Assembly: GCA_963754875.1 (NCBI GenBank)
Contig: CAVWHO010000010.1
Location: forward strand, 192,001 to 256,000
DNA length: 64,000 nucleotides
From: Nitrospirota bacterium
GTDB taxonomy: Bacteria > Nitrospirota > UBA9217
Reading direction: 5' to 3'
Of the stretch, positions 22,601 to 32,123 are shown in pieces. Each line of letters begins with the position of its first letter. Position 1 is the stretch's first letter. Both the position numbers and the translations under genes were made by a program. The notes beneath the pieces are model-generated. The model ran no database searches. It was given only the letters and a program-made list of their open reading frames with translations, and had not been told where the DNA came from.

Positions 22601-23472
22601 TTTATGCAGGAGATTCGGGTGGCAATCTTTGGCGTATAAATGTCCAGGACACGGACACGGATAATTGGACCGTTACGAAGATATTCAGTTCTAACCCGGG
22701 TTATACCGGTGATCCCGGCGCGGGTGTTTCTCCGGCAACCGATAGTACAACGGGCAGGAAGATATTTTACAAACCCTCTGTTACTATAGATAAAAACAAT
22801 TTAATCCGGATTTTCTTCGGCACTGGGGACCGGGAACATCCATTGAATCAGGCAGTGGTTGACCGTTTCTACGGATTGATAGACAAACCGACATTGACAA
22901 CGACGCTGACGGAGGCGAAGTTACTGGACGTTTCAACGGACCTGATCCAAAACGGTACCCAGACTCAGGTTACTACCATGCAGAGTCTTCTTGACCAGGC
23001 ATCAAGTGCGTCTGACAGCACCTATTACGGGTGGTATATGCGCATTTACGGAGCCGAACATAACGATGCCACCCAGTACCAAGGGGAGAAAATCCTTGCA
23101 CCGCCTACGCTTATGAATGGCGTCGTCTATTTTACTACTTATGCGCCGAGTACTGCCGTAACTGTCACCGATCCTTGCCAAACCGGGAATCTCGGGACAG
23201 CGCGTTTATACGCCCTGGATTACTATTCAGGCATGGCTGCCTTGAATCTGGATACAAGCAATGATACATTAACTCCTCTGTGGGATAAAAATACTCATGC
23301 TCGCGATGCAAAGGGAAATCTGCTGCAGAGGACTGACCGGACGATTAACCTCGGCACCGGTATCCCGTCGGGCGTCCAGCCGAGCGGTCTGGTGGGATGT
23401 GGCGGCGGTCTTTGTAAACAGACGCTGGCGCCGGGCGGTCAGGTGTTGCCGCTTTATTGGCGACAGAAATAG
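19627..23472 (+). CDS. pilY1: PilY1/PilC pilus tip adhesin (vWA + beta-propeller)
   Basis: MIDAS DDSGSM, TPLGEAL, VILVTDG; LGDILHSKP, GANDGMLHAF, DSNFDGYVDRLY, FGTGD motifs. Confidence 0.93.
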   Translation: MSKLATSMLLCVALVAIVLPTAVMAGPDLYSGDTRIYGGSPVVLQPNVLVIIDDSGSMATSIPGGGGTLYDNAVTYGTTYNCTDSTGLDGSSCDANTVYDKNYNYLTSPVTSLPTCTFSVNSSNDTVINYSSLLQQYGTMAQPKLNFTSGVASCCYQSKKICTGGYSHGSCLGYTTYANGKCSSATYELGNYINWLYDVSGSSMSKINIAKSVMSSLVQSTSGVRFGLMTYYYSGSNGQGATFLNAVPVSGLPDYTSTVKSMDDIFSGTVTNREALADTIQSLTALDDTPLGEALFEALRYYQGGQPAFGATIGTTVSTGGTGTGYISPIQYGCQKNYVILVTDGLSNADDSSPLNLITTTYGSNHWDGRFCTGYGNPLYTTCDGTNEYHSIAGVARYLYEHDLSSDISGTQNVTTFTVGFGDVGATTEAYDLLRLAADNNHGRGHYYAATSAQGLAKALTSIIGQIFSVNTSFVAPVVPVSPENKTYAGSRVYMGFFRPETAAVWSGNLKKFGLGVYTSPTTSIVLDSSAVYDVDGNLATYVDNNNDGLDDRDGATLPVETQNGGFRSGAKSYWSTLADGGDVETGGVGALLLSRDYSITCPSCDITGTQPRNIYTYLGTNTDLTQSVNAFSTTNTNLTASVLGLPGAVILSATTSDVKTLINYVSGFDTYDDNLNLNFTEKRSWVLGDILHSKPLILNYTTFDYVANPTSETNCSVNKSVIYAGANDGMLHAFKDCDGTEAWAFIPSDVLPTLQYLHGNAHAYFVDSTVTSYIYQTDPNAASISAAAGDRVVLVVGLRRGGGLDSEPTAGYYYALDVTDPTTPKFLWSISNSTRWSGTTKTTTTDFSNMGEAWSEPKIVKIKVGSLDKIAVFIGGGYDNCNEDARFGATQTFSGSCVGAVTTPDSGLDGSGNPMTSAGSTTVSSFTSSLYKGRAIYAVELATLNSAGVPNLGNGGGKIWGYTVADSPLLYSMVSELTAIDSNFDGYVDRLYAGDSGGNLWRINVQDTDTDNWTVTKIFSSNPGYTGDPGAGVSPATDSTTGRKIFYKPSVTIDKNNLIRIFFGTGDREHPLNQAVVDRFYGLIDKPTLTTTLTEAKLLDVSTDLIQNGTQTQVTTMQSLLDQASSASDSTYYGWYMRIYGAEHNDATQYQGEKILAPPTLMNGVVYFTTYAPSTAVTVTDPCQTGNLGTARLYALDYYSGMAALNLDTSNDTLTPLWDKNTHARDAKGNLLQRTDRTINLGTGIPSGVQPSGLVGCGGGLCKQTLAPGGQVLPLYWRQK

Positions 23473-23530
23473 GTAACTTAAAGATGAAAAAACATGTACG
23501 CTACTTTTGGGGGGATTGCACATTCGACTA

Positions 23531-24469
23531 ATGGTGAAAAAAATTAATATGCTGGGTGTTGTGATCGCTGTCCTGAGCATCTTCGCCTGCACGAAGCAGG
23601 AGTCGAATCAGGCAATCGGCACTTCCCCTGGGCAGACAACTTCGACGGCAGCTGCAAAACCTTTGCAAAAATCAACGGGCAGCGTTCCGGTGAAAATATT
23701 GCCTGAATCGCCGACCGTCATGACGGACCTCCAGGTCGTTTTTTCCTGTGCAGGAAACGACGTTACCTATGAATGGCGCACGAACAATCAGATCATCGTC
23801 GGTGAAACCACGGGTTGGCTCTTAAAAAAACAGTTTGTGAAAGGCGATGAGGTTGCAGTAACCGTTAAGTGCGGTAGTTCGGAAGGTACGGCATCGGTCA
23901 CGATCGGCAACAGCCCGCCGAGCGTTTTGTCTGTTCCGTTCAGTCCAGATGATATCCATGCCGGGGTGGACATCACCGTCAAGCCGGTAGGATACGATCC
24001 CGACGGCGACGCCGTAGGGTTCACTTATAAATGGTCGGTGAACGGCAATGAAATTGCGGATGACTCCTCGATGCTCACGGGTGACCATTTTAAACGCGGC
24101 GATAAAGTTGCCTTGACAGTCATCCCCTATGACCGCGATGGGACAGGGGCCCCATTTGCTTCCCAGAATCTGGTAATTCCAAATGGAGCGCCGCGGATCC
24201 TTTCCAGCCCGCCCCAGGAAATTCATGGCGATGTCTATATCTATCGGGTCGTTGCCGAAGACCCGGATGGAGACCCTATCACGTTCTCACTGGTTGCGGC
24301 ACCTGACGGCATGACGATTGACAGCCGCACCGGGGAAATCAAATGGCCGATAACCGAAAAGTCATCAGGCGACCATGTCGTCGAAATCGCTGCACAGGAC
24401 CCGGGGGGCATGAAGACCACTCAAAAATATACAGTTACCATAGGACTCTCCGGGGGAGGAACGAAATGA
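23531..24469 (+). CDS. Ig/cadherin-like domain lipoprotein
   Basis: Lipobox IFAC; repeated DPDGD motifs; P.GMTID..TG.I.W putative Ig domain. Confidence 0.75.
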   Translation: MVKKINMLGVVIAVLSIFACTKQESNQAIGTSPGQTTSTAAAKPLQKSTGSVPVKILPESPTVMTDLQVVFSCAGNDVTYEWRTNNQIIVGETTGWLLKKQFVKGDEVAVTVKCGSSEGTASVTIGNSPPSVLSVPFSPDDIHAGVDITVKPVGYDPDGDAVGFTYKWSVNGNEIADDSSMLTGDHFKRGDKVALTVIPYDRDGTGAPFASQNLVIPNGAPRILSSPPQEIHGDVYIYRVVAEDPDGDPITFSLVAAPDGMTIDSRTGEIKWPITEKSSGDHVVEIAAQDPGGMKTTQKYTVTIGLSGGGTK

Positions 24470-24933
24470 GGCAGATTGCCAGGCCGGCATCCATGCAGTC
24501 ATCAATGGGCTTTACGCTCGTTGAGTTGGTCGTGGTCGTCGGCATTATCGTTATTTTATCCGCCCTGGCGCTGCCGTCCTACAATCAATGGCGGCAAAAC
24601 CTTGCGTACCGGGATGCAGCTCGAAATGTCATGTCCGAACTCAGACAGGCGAAAAGCCAGGCGATCGAGAGCAATGTATCACAGTGTGTTCGCATTGATA
24701 CTGTGAATAAACAATACGGCTTTAATAATGACTGCAGTGCCATATCAAACTGGACCAAGCTTAACCTCGCATCTCAGGTCACGATATCCACGGCCAATGA
24801 TATCACGTTTAGTCCCACAGGGGTCGTGAGTCCTGGGGCAAGCACTGTCTCTATACTCGATTCAACAGGCAAACAAAGGTTCTATGTGCAGGTTGAACAA
24901 ACTGGTCGTATCTTTATAAAGGGCCCGCTTTAG
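24466..24933 (+). CDS. FimT/FimU (GspH)-like pilin
   Basis: G|FTLVELVVVV; LRQAKSQAI; C-terminal TGRI. Confidence 0.85.
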   Translation: MRQIARPASMQSSMGFTLVELVVVVGIIVILSALALPSYNQWRQNLAYRDAARNVMSELRQAKSQAIESNVSQCVRIDTVNKQYGFNNDCSAISNWTKLNLASQVTISTANDITFSPTGVVSPGASTVSILDSTGKQRFYVQVEQTGRIFIKGPL

Positions 24934-25216
24934 GATTCGTTTGCTTGAAGGTGATTTTCTCTTTCTTCATCGCCCCTGTAAACTACCTGCCTTTTCACCA
25001 TGTCCTTCTTTTATCACCAGATCATTCAAAAAGCAGTAAATGATAGATTCAGATCATGAGAAATTTGCTTTTCTTAAAGACCATCAAAAACAAATAGAAA
25101 GATAAATAATTTTGTCGGTCACAAAATAACCTGAATTCTGAAATGTCCTGAATACCCTCCTGTGCTAAGTATTGTCCATGAAACGGACTACATTCCACCG
25201 ATGCAGGAGGTCTCAA

Positions 25217-25696
25217 ATGGACAATGAAGACAGTAAAAAGATGCAGGGAGTATGCGGTTTTACGCTCCTGGAACTGCTGGTCGTCATAGCGCTCGTGCTC
25301 ATTATTTCTGCGGTATCCGTCCCTGTGTACAGTCAATGGGTCAACAATCTGGAATATCGCACCACGGCCAGAAGTGTGTTTCATGCTTTACGTGAAGCGC
25401 GCAGCATGGCTGTCGCAACCTGTTTGGAACATAGAGTAGAATTTGACCCGCTGAACAGACGATATCGTGTAATCAGGGGAAACCGGGGATTCAATAGTAA
25501 CGACTGGAACACCGTAATCTATGACTGGAGGCAGTGTCCTCCAGGGGTCAACTTTGGCGCTAATATTCCGGCCATTCATCTTAATCCGAATGGGACTGCC
25601 AACGCGGGTACAATCAGTATTCAAGATGGTACGCACAAGACACGCTATGAAGTGCGGGTGGGGCGAACCGGCCGTATTCGGATCCCGACATTTTAG
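25217..25696 (+). CDS. Second FimT/GspH-like pilin
   Basis: G|FTLLELLVV; LREARSMAV; PNGTA..GTI; TGRIRI; SD AGGAGG. Confidence 0.85.
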   Translation: MDNEDSKKMQGVCGFTLLELLVVIALVLIISAVSVPVYSQWVNNLEYRTTARSVFHALREARSMAVATCLEHRVEFDPLNRRYRVIRGNRGFNSNDWNTVIYDWRQCPPGVNFGANIPAIHLNPNGTANAGTISIQDGTHKTRYEVRVGRTGRIRIPTF

Positions 25697-25845
25697 TGGT
25701 TTTCCTACTGGATAAAAAAGGACGGGAAAGTGCTGAAACTAATTAATCTTCAAAAATCTTCAATAGTCTTTACTTCTTTGCCGATGACATGTTATTATCT
25801 ATTTATATGTTCTCCTGTTTTTCAGTCATCTCCTCCGGCAAAGTT

Positions 25846-27645
25846 ATGCAGAAGCCGTTTAATGGCGCATTGAAAACTTATATTTTTTCTCTCTTCCTGG
25901 TCGTCCTCTCTTCACCCGTTTTCGCAGCAGATATTAATTTTTCGCTGCAGCAACAGAGCGAAGGCAACCGTGTAACCGTTACTGTTCAGAACAACTCTGC
26001 CTCGGAAGCAGTTGTATCGGCTGTCGAGGTACAGCTCGATGACCGGAAGTATATAGCCGCGGGCTTCCCCATCCCGATCAGCTCTCATGCAGAAAAAAAG
26101 GTAGCCTTTACCGTAGCCTTTCCGAACCTTCCCGGATCCTATCCCCTGGTCGTCACGCTCAGATATCTAAACGACGGTACGCAACTTTCCCTGAATCATG
26201 TCGGCTTATTTCATTTTCAGCAGCAGGCGCTTCTTTCCGAATCGTGCGTTGCCGAGGATGCCGTCATAGCGCAAGAAGGGGAGATCATCATTCGATCATC
26301 GAATCCCTCCATCTGGAAACCGGTGCTGCCCGATGAGGTGGCCATCCTCTCCGAATCAACCGGCCTTGACCGTAAAATCGTACACGTCAAAAACATGCTG
26401 AAGGGCTTTAACAACAACTATCCGTTCTATGCCGTTGCCGCCCAGGTACGGCAGGGGATTCATTATGCCGCTGTCTGCTCGGGCGCCCTGCGGACACGAA
26501 CCGGGAGCCCTGCCGACGAACCGGGGAATGGAAGGATTTCTGAGTGGGTCCTGCTCGCCGCCGCCGCTATTTTTATCATAGCATTTATCGCGACCGTGAA
26601 CAGGGCGCAGGAGCAGGGAAGGCTGCTTACTGCGGTCAACAAATATGCCAGCAGACTGTTTCTGATCACGATCGGCTATCTCGTATTAAAGAGCATCGAC
26701 GACCTGCTGACCCGGATGGGGCTGAGTCAAGACAGGGGCTTGCTCTCTTCCCTGGCTGCCACCTACGAGGTCTATAAAAGGAACGACTTCAGCTACTTTT
26801 TCCATTACTTCGTTGACGCCTACTGGATAGCGACCCTCGTGCTGGTTTTTCCCTTTCTGTACTATTTTGATTCACAGAGGACTGTTGAACAGGACAAGTA
26901 TTCGAATCTGGTCAAAAGCATTTTGTCCTTCGTCACGGGACGGCCCTTTTGGAACAAAACCGCTCGACTCGGCATGCTTACCCTGTTTGTTAAATTTTTT
27001 TACATCCCCCTCCTCGTAACATGGGTGATCAATAATACAATGCACCAGCTCTATCTCACGCATACCTTCCATGCGGACCTCGCGACCGTCAACGCTTATC
27101 TGGTCGCCCTGTTTATCTATATTGATACGGCGATTTATTGTTTTGGTTACCTCTTTGAATTCAATTTTCTGAAAAACACGATTAAGACCGTTGAGCCGAC
27201 CGTGCTCGGCTGGGTAGTCTGTCTCTGGTGTTATCCGCCCTTTAATATTTTTTCATTCAGAATATTCGACCACGAGTTCGTTCGTTTGACCCACAGTTAT
27301 CCTCCCTGGGTCAACGCCCTTGTGCTTTGCCTGATCACGGTTTTATGGGGAATATTCGCGTGGGCCTCCCTGTCCCTGGGATGGAAGGCCTCCAACCTCA
27401 CCAACAGAGGCATCGTGCGGCATGGCCCCTATCGTTTCGTCCGGCATCCTGCGTATGCCGCGAAGCTGTTTCTCTGGTATCTGCAGGGGATATTCTTCGG
27501 CCAGTATTTTATCGGGATCATGTTCGGCTTTACCTTAATCTATATTTTGAGGGCGTGGACTGAAGAACGGCATCTCTCACTCGACCCTGATTACCGGGAA
27601 TATCGGAAAACCGTCAAATGGAGGTTCATCCCGGGTCTTGTATAG
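25846..27645 (+). CDS. Membrane protein: exported N-terminal domain fused to an ICMT/PEMT-family methyltransferase domain
   Basis: C-terminal SNLTNRGIV.HGPYRFVRHPAY, EERHL..DPDYREY...V.WRFIPG; N-terminal signal peptide and beta-rich region. Confidence 0.75.
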   Translation: MQKPFNGALKTYIFSLFLVVLSSPVFAADINFSLQQQSEGNRVTVTVQNNSASEAVVSAVEVQLDDRKYIAAGFPIPISSHAEKKVAFTVAFPNLPGSYPLVVTLRYLNDGTQLSLNHVGLFHFQQQALLSESCVAEDAVIAQEGEIIIRSSNPSIWKPVLPDEVAILSESTGLDRKIVHVKNMLKGFNNNYPFYAVAAQVRQGIHYAAVCSGALRTRTGSPADEPGNGRISEWVLLAAAAIFIIAFIATVNRAQEQGRLLTAVNKYASRLFLITIGYLVLKSIDDLLTRMGLSQDRGLLSSLAATYEVYKRNDFSYFFHYFVDAYWIATLVLVFPFLYYFDSQRTVEQDKYSNLVKSILSFVTGRPFWNKTARLGMLTLFVKFFYIPLLVTWVINNTMHQLYLTHTFHADLATVNAYLVALFIYIDTAIYCFGYLFEFNFLKNTIKTVEPTVLGWVVCLWCYPPFNIFSFRIFDHEFVRLTHSYPPWVNALVLCLITVLWGIFAWASLSLGWKASNLTNRGIVRHGPYRFVRHPAYAAKLFLWYLQGIFFGQYFIGIMFGFTLIYILRAWTEERHLSLDPDYREYRKTVKWRFIPGLV

Positions 27646-27681
27646 GTTGCACGATGGCCCTCCATTCGGTAGGGATACAAT

Positions 27682-28394
27682 ATGAATTTGCTGCTTGAAG
27701 GATTCTCAAAAGCGTTTTCCCTTATCCTGCACGGTGATGCGGAACTGTTCGGCATTATTCTGTTGTCCCTGAAAATATCCTGTCTCGCGCTTTGCATCGC
27801 TTCAATTGCGGGCATTCCCCTCGGCGCGATTCTTGGCCTGAAGCGGTTGCCGGCAAAGGGGGTCCTCATCAGTCTCTTAAACACGTTCATGGGGCTTCCC
27901 CCGGTGGTCGTCGGGCTGTTCCTCTATCTTCTGCTTTCCCGAAGCGGTCCTCTCGGCGTGCTCGGGCTGCTCTATACACCCACGGCCATGTTATCGCCCA
28001 GATCATCCTTGCGCTTCCCATTGTCGCTATCGCTTTCGCATTCGGCAATCATCGGCGTCGACCCGATCATACGCCAGGCGGCCATGACGCTCGGCGCATC
28101 GCCTTTTCAGGTCACGTGGACCGTAATCCGGGAAGCGCGGTACGGGATTCTGTCCGGTGTTATTGCAGCCTTGGGCGGGTCATGGCGGAAGTAGGGGCGA
28201 TTCTGATCGTGGGCGGGAACATCGCCGGACTCACGCGGGTGATGACGACGGCGATCGCGCTCGAGACCGATAAGGGAAATTTCGAACTTGCGCTCGCCCT
28301 CGGCATCATTCTTCTGGCCCTGTCGTTGCTCATAAATTCACTGCTCCATATCATCCAGAGAAAGGGGCTGTTGCAGACGGAACGATGGGTCTGA
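27682..28394 (+). CDS. tupB: Tungstate ABC transporter permease (two frameshifts)
   Basis: [45 protein letters not shown]. Confidence 0.85.
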
Positions 28395-29062
28395 ACCTGA
28401 CAGTTTCTCATGTCGTTAAACAGTATCAGGGCAAGGCCGCGCTTGACCACTGTTCCGTCGCGTTCACTCACGGTGTCGTTTACGTGCTTATGGGACCGAA
28501 TGGGAGCGGGAAATCCACTCTCTTGAGGGCGTGTTCTCTTATCGAGACTGTTGACAGCGGAGAGATTAAGTATTTCAATCAGGACAATGATGCGGTCCTC
28601 CTCCATGATCTTTCCCTCAGGCGGAGAATATGCCTCGTGCTGCCCAAGGTCGGCGTTTTTAATACGACGGTTTTCAGGAATGTAGCATACGGCCTTTCCC
28701 TGCGGGGAATGGACAAGAAGGGCATTGCCCAACAGGCACAGGAAGCCCTCGATGCCGTGGGCTTGGCCCATAAAAGCAAACAGAACGCCCTGACGCTTTC
28801 GAGCGGAGAGACCCAGCGGCTCGGTATTGCCCGGGCTATGGCCATTCGACCGGAAATTCTCTTTCTCGATGAGCCAACGGCATCCATTGATGAGGAAAAT
28901 ACGCGCATTGTCGAGGACATCATCAAGAGACTGAAACGATCGGGCCGTACGACGATCATTATGACGACCCACGATCGCGATCAGGCCCTGCGTTTGGCAG
29001 ACAGCGTGGTCTCGATGCGAAGCGGAAAAATATCGGACCAGAGCCAAAGTACGTTAGTATGA
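28385..29062 (+). CDS. tupC: Tungstate ABC transporter ATP-binding subunit
   Basis: [21 protein letters not shown]; adjacent to tupB. Confidence 0.75.
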   Translation: MGLNLTVSHVVKQYQGKAALDHCSVAFTHGVVYVLMGPNGSGKSTLLRACSLIETVDSGEIKYFNQDNDAVLLHDLSLRRRICLVLPKVGVFNTTVFRNVAYGLSLRGMDKKGIAQQAQEALDAVGLAHKSKQNALTLSSGETQRLGIARAMAIRPEILFLDEPTASIDEENTRIVEDIIKRLKRSGRTTIIMTTHDRDQALRLADSVVSMRSGKISDQSQSTLV

Positions 29063-29121
29063 TTCCCGGATCATTGTAAGGAGCATCAGGTCCGTTAAAG
29101 TGATCTTGTATAGCTCACCCT

Positions 29122-29712
29122 ATGTCTGAAAACCCAGCCCCAGTCATCATTCTTGCATCAAACTCGCCGAGGCGCCGCGAACTTCTGCGCCAGATCGGGC
29201 TTTCATTTGCTACTGATCCGTCAGACGTAGATGAAAAGGTGCTTGCCGGGGAGCCACCGGAAAGCTATGTTGTCCGGGTCGCCCTCGATAAAGCACGGGC
29301 TGCGGCTGCGCGGGCAGGAAGCGGAATCATCATCGCGGCTGATACGATCGTTGTGCTGGATGACGGTATTTTGGGGAAACCAGTGGATAGGCCTGACGCC
29401 GAGCGCATGCTTTCGCTCTTGTCAGGCAGAATGCACGTTGTCATTACCGGGCTGGCTATTATTGATGCTGCGAAAGGAAAAACGGTGACCGGAACATCGC
29501 TTACTCGTGTCTGGTTTCGCGACCTTTCACGGGATGAAATTGCCTCTTATGTAAAGAGCGGCGAGCCGCTTGATAAAGCAGGGGCCTATGGCATACAGGG
29601 AAAAGGAGCTCTCCTGGTTAAACAGATCGAAGGCTGTTATTTCAACGTGGTAGGTCTTCCCTTGTCACTTCTCGGAGAATTGCTGCTGAATTTCAGCATC
29701 AGGCTTTTTTGA
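29122..29712 (+). CDS. maf: Maf family nucleoside triphosphate pyrophosphatase
   Basis: LASNSPRRRELL, ADTIV, DKAGAYGIQ, NVVGLP. Confidence 0.95.
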   Translation: MSENPAPVIILASNSPRRRELLRQIGLSFATDPSDVDEKVLAGEPPESYVVRVALDKARAAAARAGSGIIIAADTIVVLDDGILGKPVDRPDAERMLSLLSGRMHVVITGLAIIDAAKGKTVTGTSLTRVWFRDLSRDEIASYVKSGEPLDKAGAYGIQGKGALLVKQIEGCYFNVVGLPLSLLGELLLNFSIRLF

Positions 29713-29778
29713 CTGAAATGCAACTCCGACCTTGAAAAAGTGTTAATATACCATCCAAACAAAAAAACCGCCCTATCC

Positions 29779-29807
29779 TTGACATCGCCCGCTATACCTC
29801 CTAAAAT
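29779..29807 (+). promoter_or_regulatory. sigma70-type promoter of LuxR regulator
   Basis: TTGACA-N17-TAAAAT. Confidence 0.6.
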
Positions 29808-29856
29808 ATAAGTATTAGGAACAAGATGCAGATCGCATAGTACGGAGGTATCTAAG

Positions 29857-30502
29857 GTGTCAACCATTCAAATAATGATTGCGGATAATGATCAAGCGCA
29901 AATTGACGCGATTTCGGCGCAATTGACAAAGCTAGGGGGCTTCGAAGTAATTTCAACCGTTACGGCCCGGGAAACCGCAATAAAGCAGCTATCAGCCGCT
30001 CCTGACGTCATGCTTTTAAATCCCGAGATCCTGAAAGGGCACACACTTTCGCGTTTTATCCATTCGATTCAGGCGAAGTCTCCCCACACAAGAGTTATCT
30101 ATCTCTTGAGGAATCCGGTGCCCGATGATGCCATCATCGCAGATATGAAAACTGGCATCCGGGGGTATGTAAAAGCTACCGATTCTCCGGCGATCCTCGC
30201 GAGGGCCATCCAGTCGGTTCAGAGCGGAGAGATATGGGCTGAACGGAGAATCCTCGAAAAGGCTATAGCCAATCCAATGCTTTTGCCTGAAACGCTGCAG
30301 TCCCATATCCCGGGACTTCCTCCGCTGACGAACAGGGAGATGGAAGTGCTTACCATGGTCCTCCAGGGGGCTTCCAATAGGGAAATAGCCGACAGGAGCA
30401 GCATCAGCGAACGTACGGTAAAGACCCATCTTGTACCGGGTTTATCGAAAACTGAACGTGAAAAGCAGGACCAAAGCTATTGCGCTTTTGTCACATTCAT
30501 AA
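29857..30502 (+). CDS. NarL/LuxR-family regulator with atypical receiver domain (frameshift ~30432)
   Basis: LTNREMEVL..GASNREIA..ISERTVKTH then YRVYRKLNVKSRT in the shifted frame. Confidence 0.85.
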
Positions 30503-30539
30503 ATTAAATGCAATTCCAGCAAATGAGACTTTAGGTTGA

Positions 30540-30568
30540 TTGACAAACGTCTTATTTGCTGGTAAGCT
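30540..30568 (+). promoter_or_regulatory. Strong sigma70-type promoter with no adjacent ORF
   Basis: TTGACA-N17-TAAGCT. Confidence 0.65.
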
Positions 30569-30574
30569 CAGAAA

Positions 30575-30811
30575 TAGTACTGCGCTGTTTGTCAGTTCCC
30601 GGACGACTTGGCGGCAATGCAACGCGACTTACTTCTTCCCCCCCAGGAAACATGTTTAGTCGCATGAGATTACCACCACGATGCCCCGGTCTTCAGGGAA
30701 GATGCACGAGACATCTGGGACAATTCATCCGACGAACAGCGCAGTTCTGAAGGCGTCTCGATGATGCAGCCACGAGAGATTTCCTCCATGGCATCGGGAC
30801 GCCATTTTTTT
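30575..30811 (+). ncRNA. Candidate structured non-coding RNA (family unidentified)
   Basis: Promoter, long-range pairing of 30579-30595 with 30729-30745 plus nested stems, and a terminator; no credible ORF. Confidence 0.5.
30752..30811 (+). terminator. Intrinsic terminator
   Basis: GGCGTCTCGATG / CATCGGGACGCC stem followed by ATTTTTTT. Confidence 0.65.
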
Positions 30812-30878
30812 GTCCACTTAACTCAGGTTTTTCCTGCTGCTCCTTGACGGCACTTGCGAATACCGGTATGATGGACCC

Positions 30879-32123
30879 ATGTTTATATTGCTGCTCTTGG
30901 TATATATTGCTGTTCTCTCCATTCGCTACTGGCTCAGCTCGCTGAATCGCGCATACCTGAAAAAGCACGGTCATACCGTCCCTCCCGAGTTTCAGGGAAT
31001 AATAGATCCGGACCATCTTCAAAAAATCACAAATTATACATTAGAAAACAGCAGATTCGCGACGATAGAGTCCATTCTCTCCAACATCCTCGTGGTTGTT
31101 TTCCTCTTTGGCGGGCTGCTGGGGTACTATGACCACTGGGTGAGTTCCCTAACAGGTTCTTTTATCGGCAATGGGATCATTTTTGCCCTGGTCCTTTTTT
31201 ATATCGAAACGATCATCGACATTCCGTTCAGCCTGTACCGGAACTTTCAGATCGAAAACCGCTACGGCTTTAATACCATGACTCTGCGTCTCTGGGTCAC
31301 GGACCTTCTTAAATCCGTGGCCATAGCAACGGTCCTGAGCTCCCTTGTCGTTTTCATCGCCCTCGCTATTATCCAGGCGAGCCCTTACTGGTGGTGGCTC
31401 TGGGTATGGGCGTTTCTCCTGGTCTTCGGCATTTTTATCATGTACCTGTCGCCGACGCTCATTGAACCGCTTTTTTTTAAATTCGAGCCCGTAAAAGCGG
31501 AAGGCCTGGAAGAGCGGATTCGGTCGCTCATGGAGAGGGCCGGGCTTAAAGTCAGCCGTGTCTTTCAGGTTGACGCTTCGCGCAGGAGCCGGCACTCGAA
31601 CGCCTACTTTACCGGCATTGGCCGGGTGAAGCGCATTGTCCTCTTCGATACTCTCATTGAACAGATGTCGCAGGACGAAATTCTGGCTGTCCTGGCCCAT
31701 GAAGTAGGCCACTGGAAGAAGCGGCATGTGCTGAAGAGCATAATTTTGAGCGAGACCATGGCATTCTGCGGCCTCTTTCTGGCATTTCATCTCATTTCGT
31801 GGGACGGACTTCCGGGCCTGATCAATCTTCCCCAGGCTTCTTTTTACGCACGGGTGATCATCATTGGGTTCATCGGTTCTCTTGTCATGTTCCCGGTGAC
31901 GCCTTTTTTCAGCTACTTATCCCGGAGAAATGAACGTGAGGCGGACCGGTTTGCCTCCGAGCTGACCCATCAGCCGGAATATCTCGCATCCTCACTTGTA
32001 AAACTCTCACGGGAGAATCTGGCTAACCTGCATCCCCACCCGCTGTATGCCAAGATTTATTACTCCCATCCTCCGGTCGTGGAAAGGGTGCGGGGGCTGA
32101 AGACAGAAGTCAGGAGCCAGTAG
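30879..32123 (+). CDS. M48 family (Ste24-like) membrane metalloprotease
   Basis: NAYFTG, AHEVGH, EREAD, YSHPP motifs. Confidence 0.93.
   Translation: MFILLLLVYIAVLSIRYWLSSLNRAYLKKHGHTVPPEFQGIIDPDHLQKITNYTLENSRFATIESILSNILVVVFLFGGLLGYYDHWVSSLTGSFIGNGIIFALVLFYIETIIDIPFSLYRNFQIENRYGFNTMTLRLWVTDLLKSVAIATVLSSLVVFIALAIIQASPYWWWLWVWAFLLVFGIFIMYLSPTLIEPLFFKFEPVKAEGLEERIRSLMERAGLKVSRVFQVDASRRSRHSNAYFTGIGRVKRIVLFDTLIEQMSQDEILAVLAHEVGHWKKRHVLKSIILSETMAFCGLFLAFHLISWDGLPGLINLPQASFYARVIIIGFIGSLVMFPVTPFFSYLSRRNEREADRFASELTHQPEYLASSLVKLSRENLANLHPHPLYAKIYYSHPPVVERVRGLKTEVRSQ

Noticed and set aside
27682..29062. tupBC without tupA as a novel transporter
   Set aside because: The binding-protein gene is often encoded elsewhere, so this cannot be judged from one window.
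30575..30811. Identification of the ncRNA candidate as SRP RNA, RNase P RNA or tmRNA
   Set aside because: No SRP helix-8 motif, no GAGGAAAGTCC and no tRNA-like ends on either strand; left unassigned.
25846..32123. ICMT-like and Ste24-like genes as a bacterial CAAX-processing pathway
   Set aside because: They are separated by unrelated genes with their own promoters, there is no prenyltransferase, and both families are common in bacteria.
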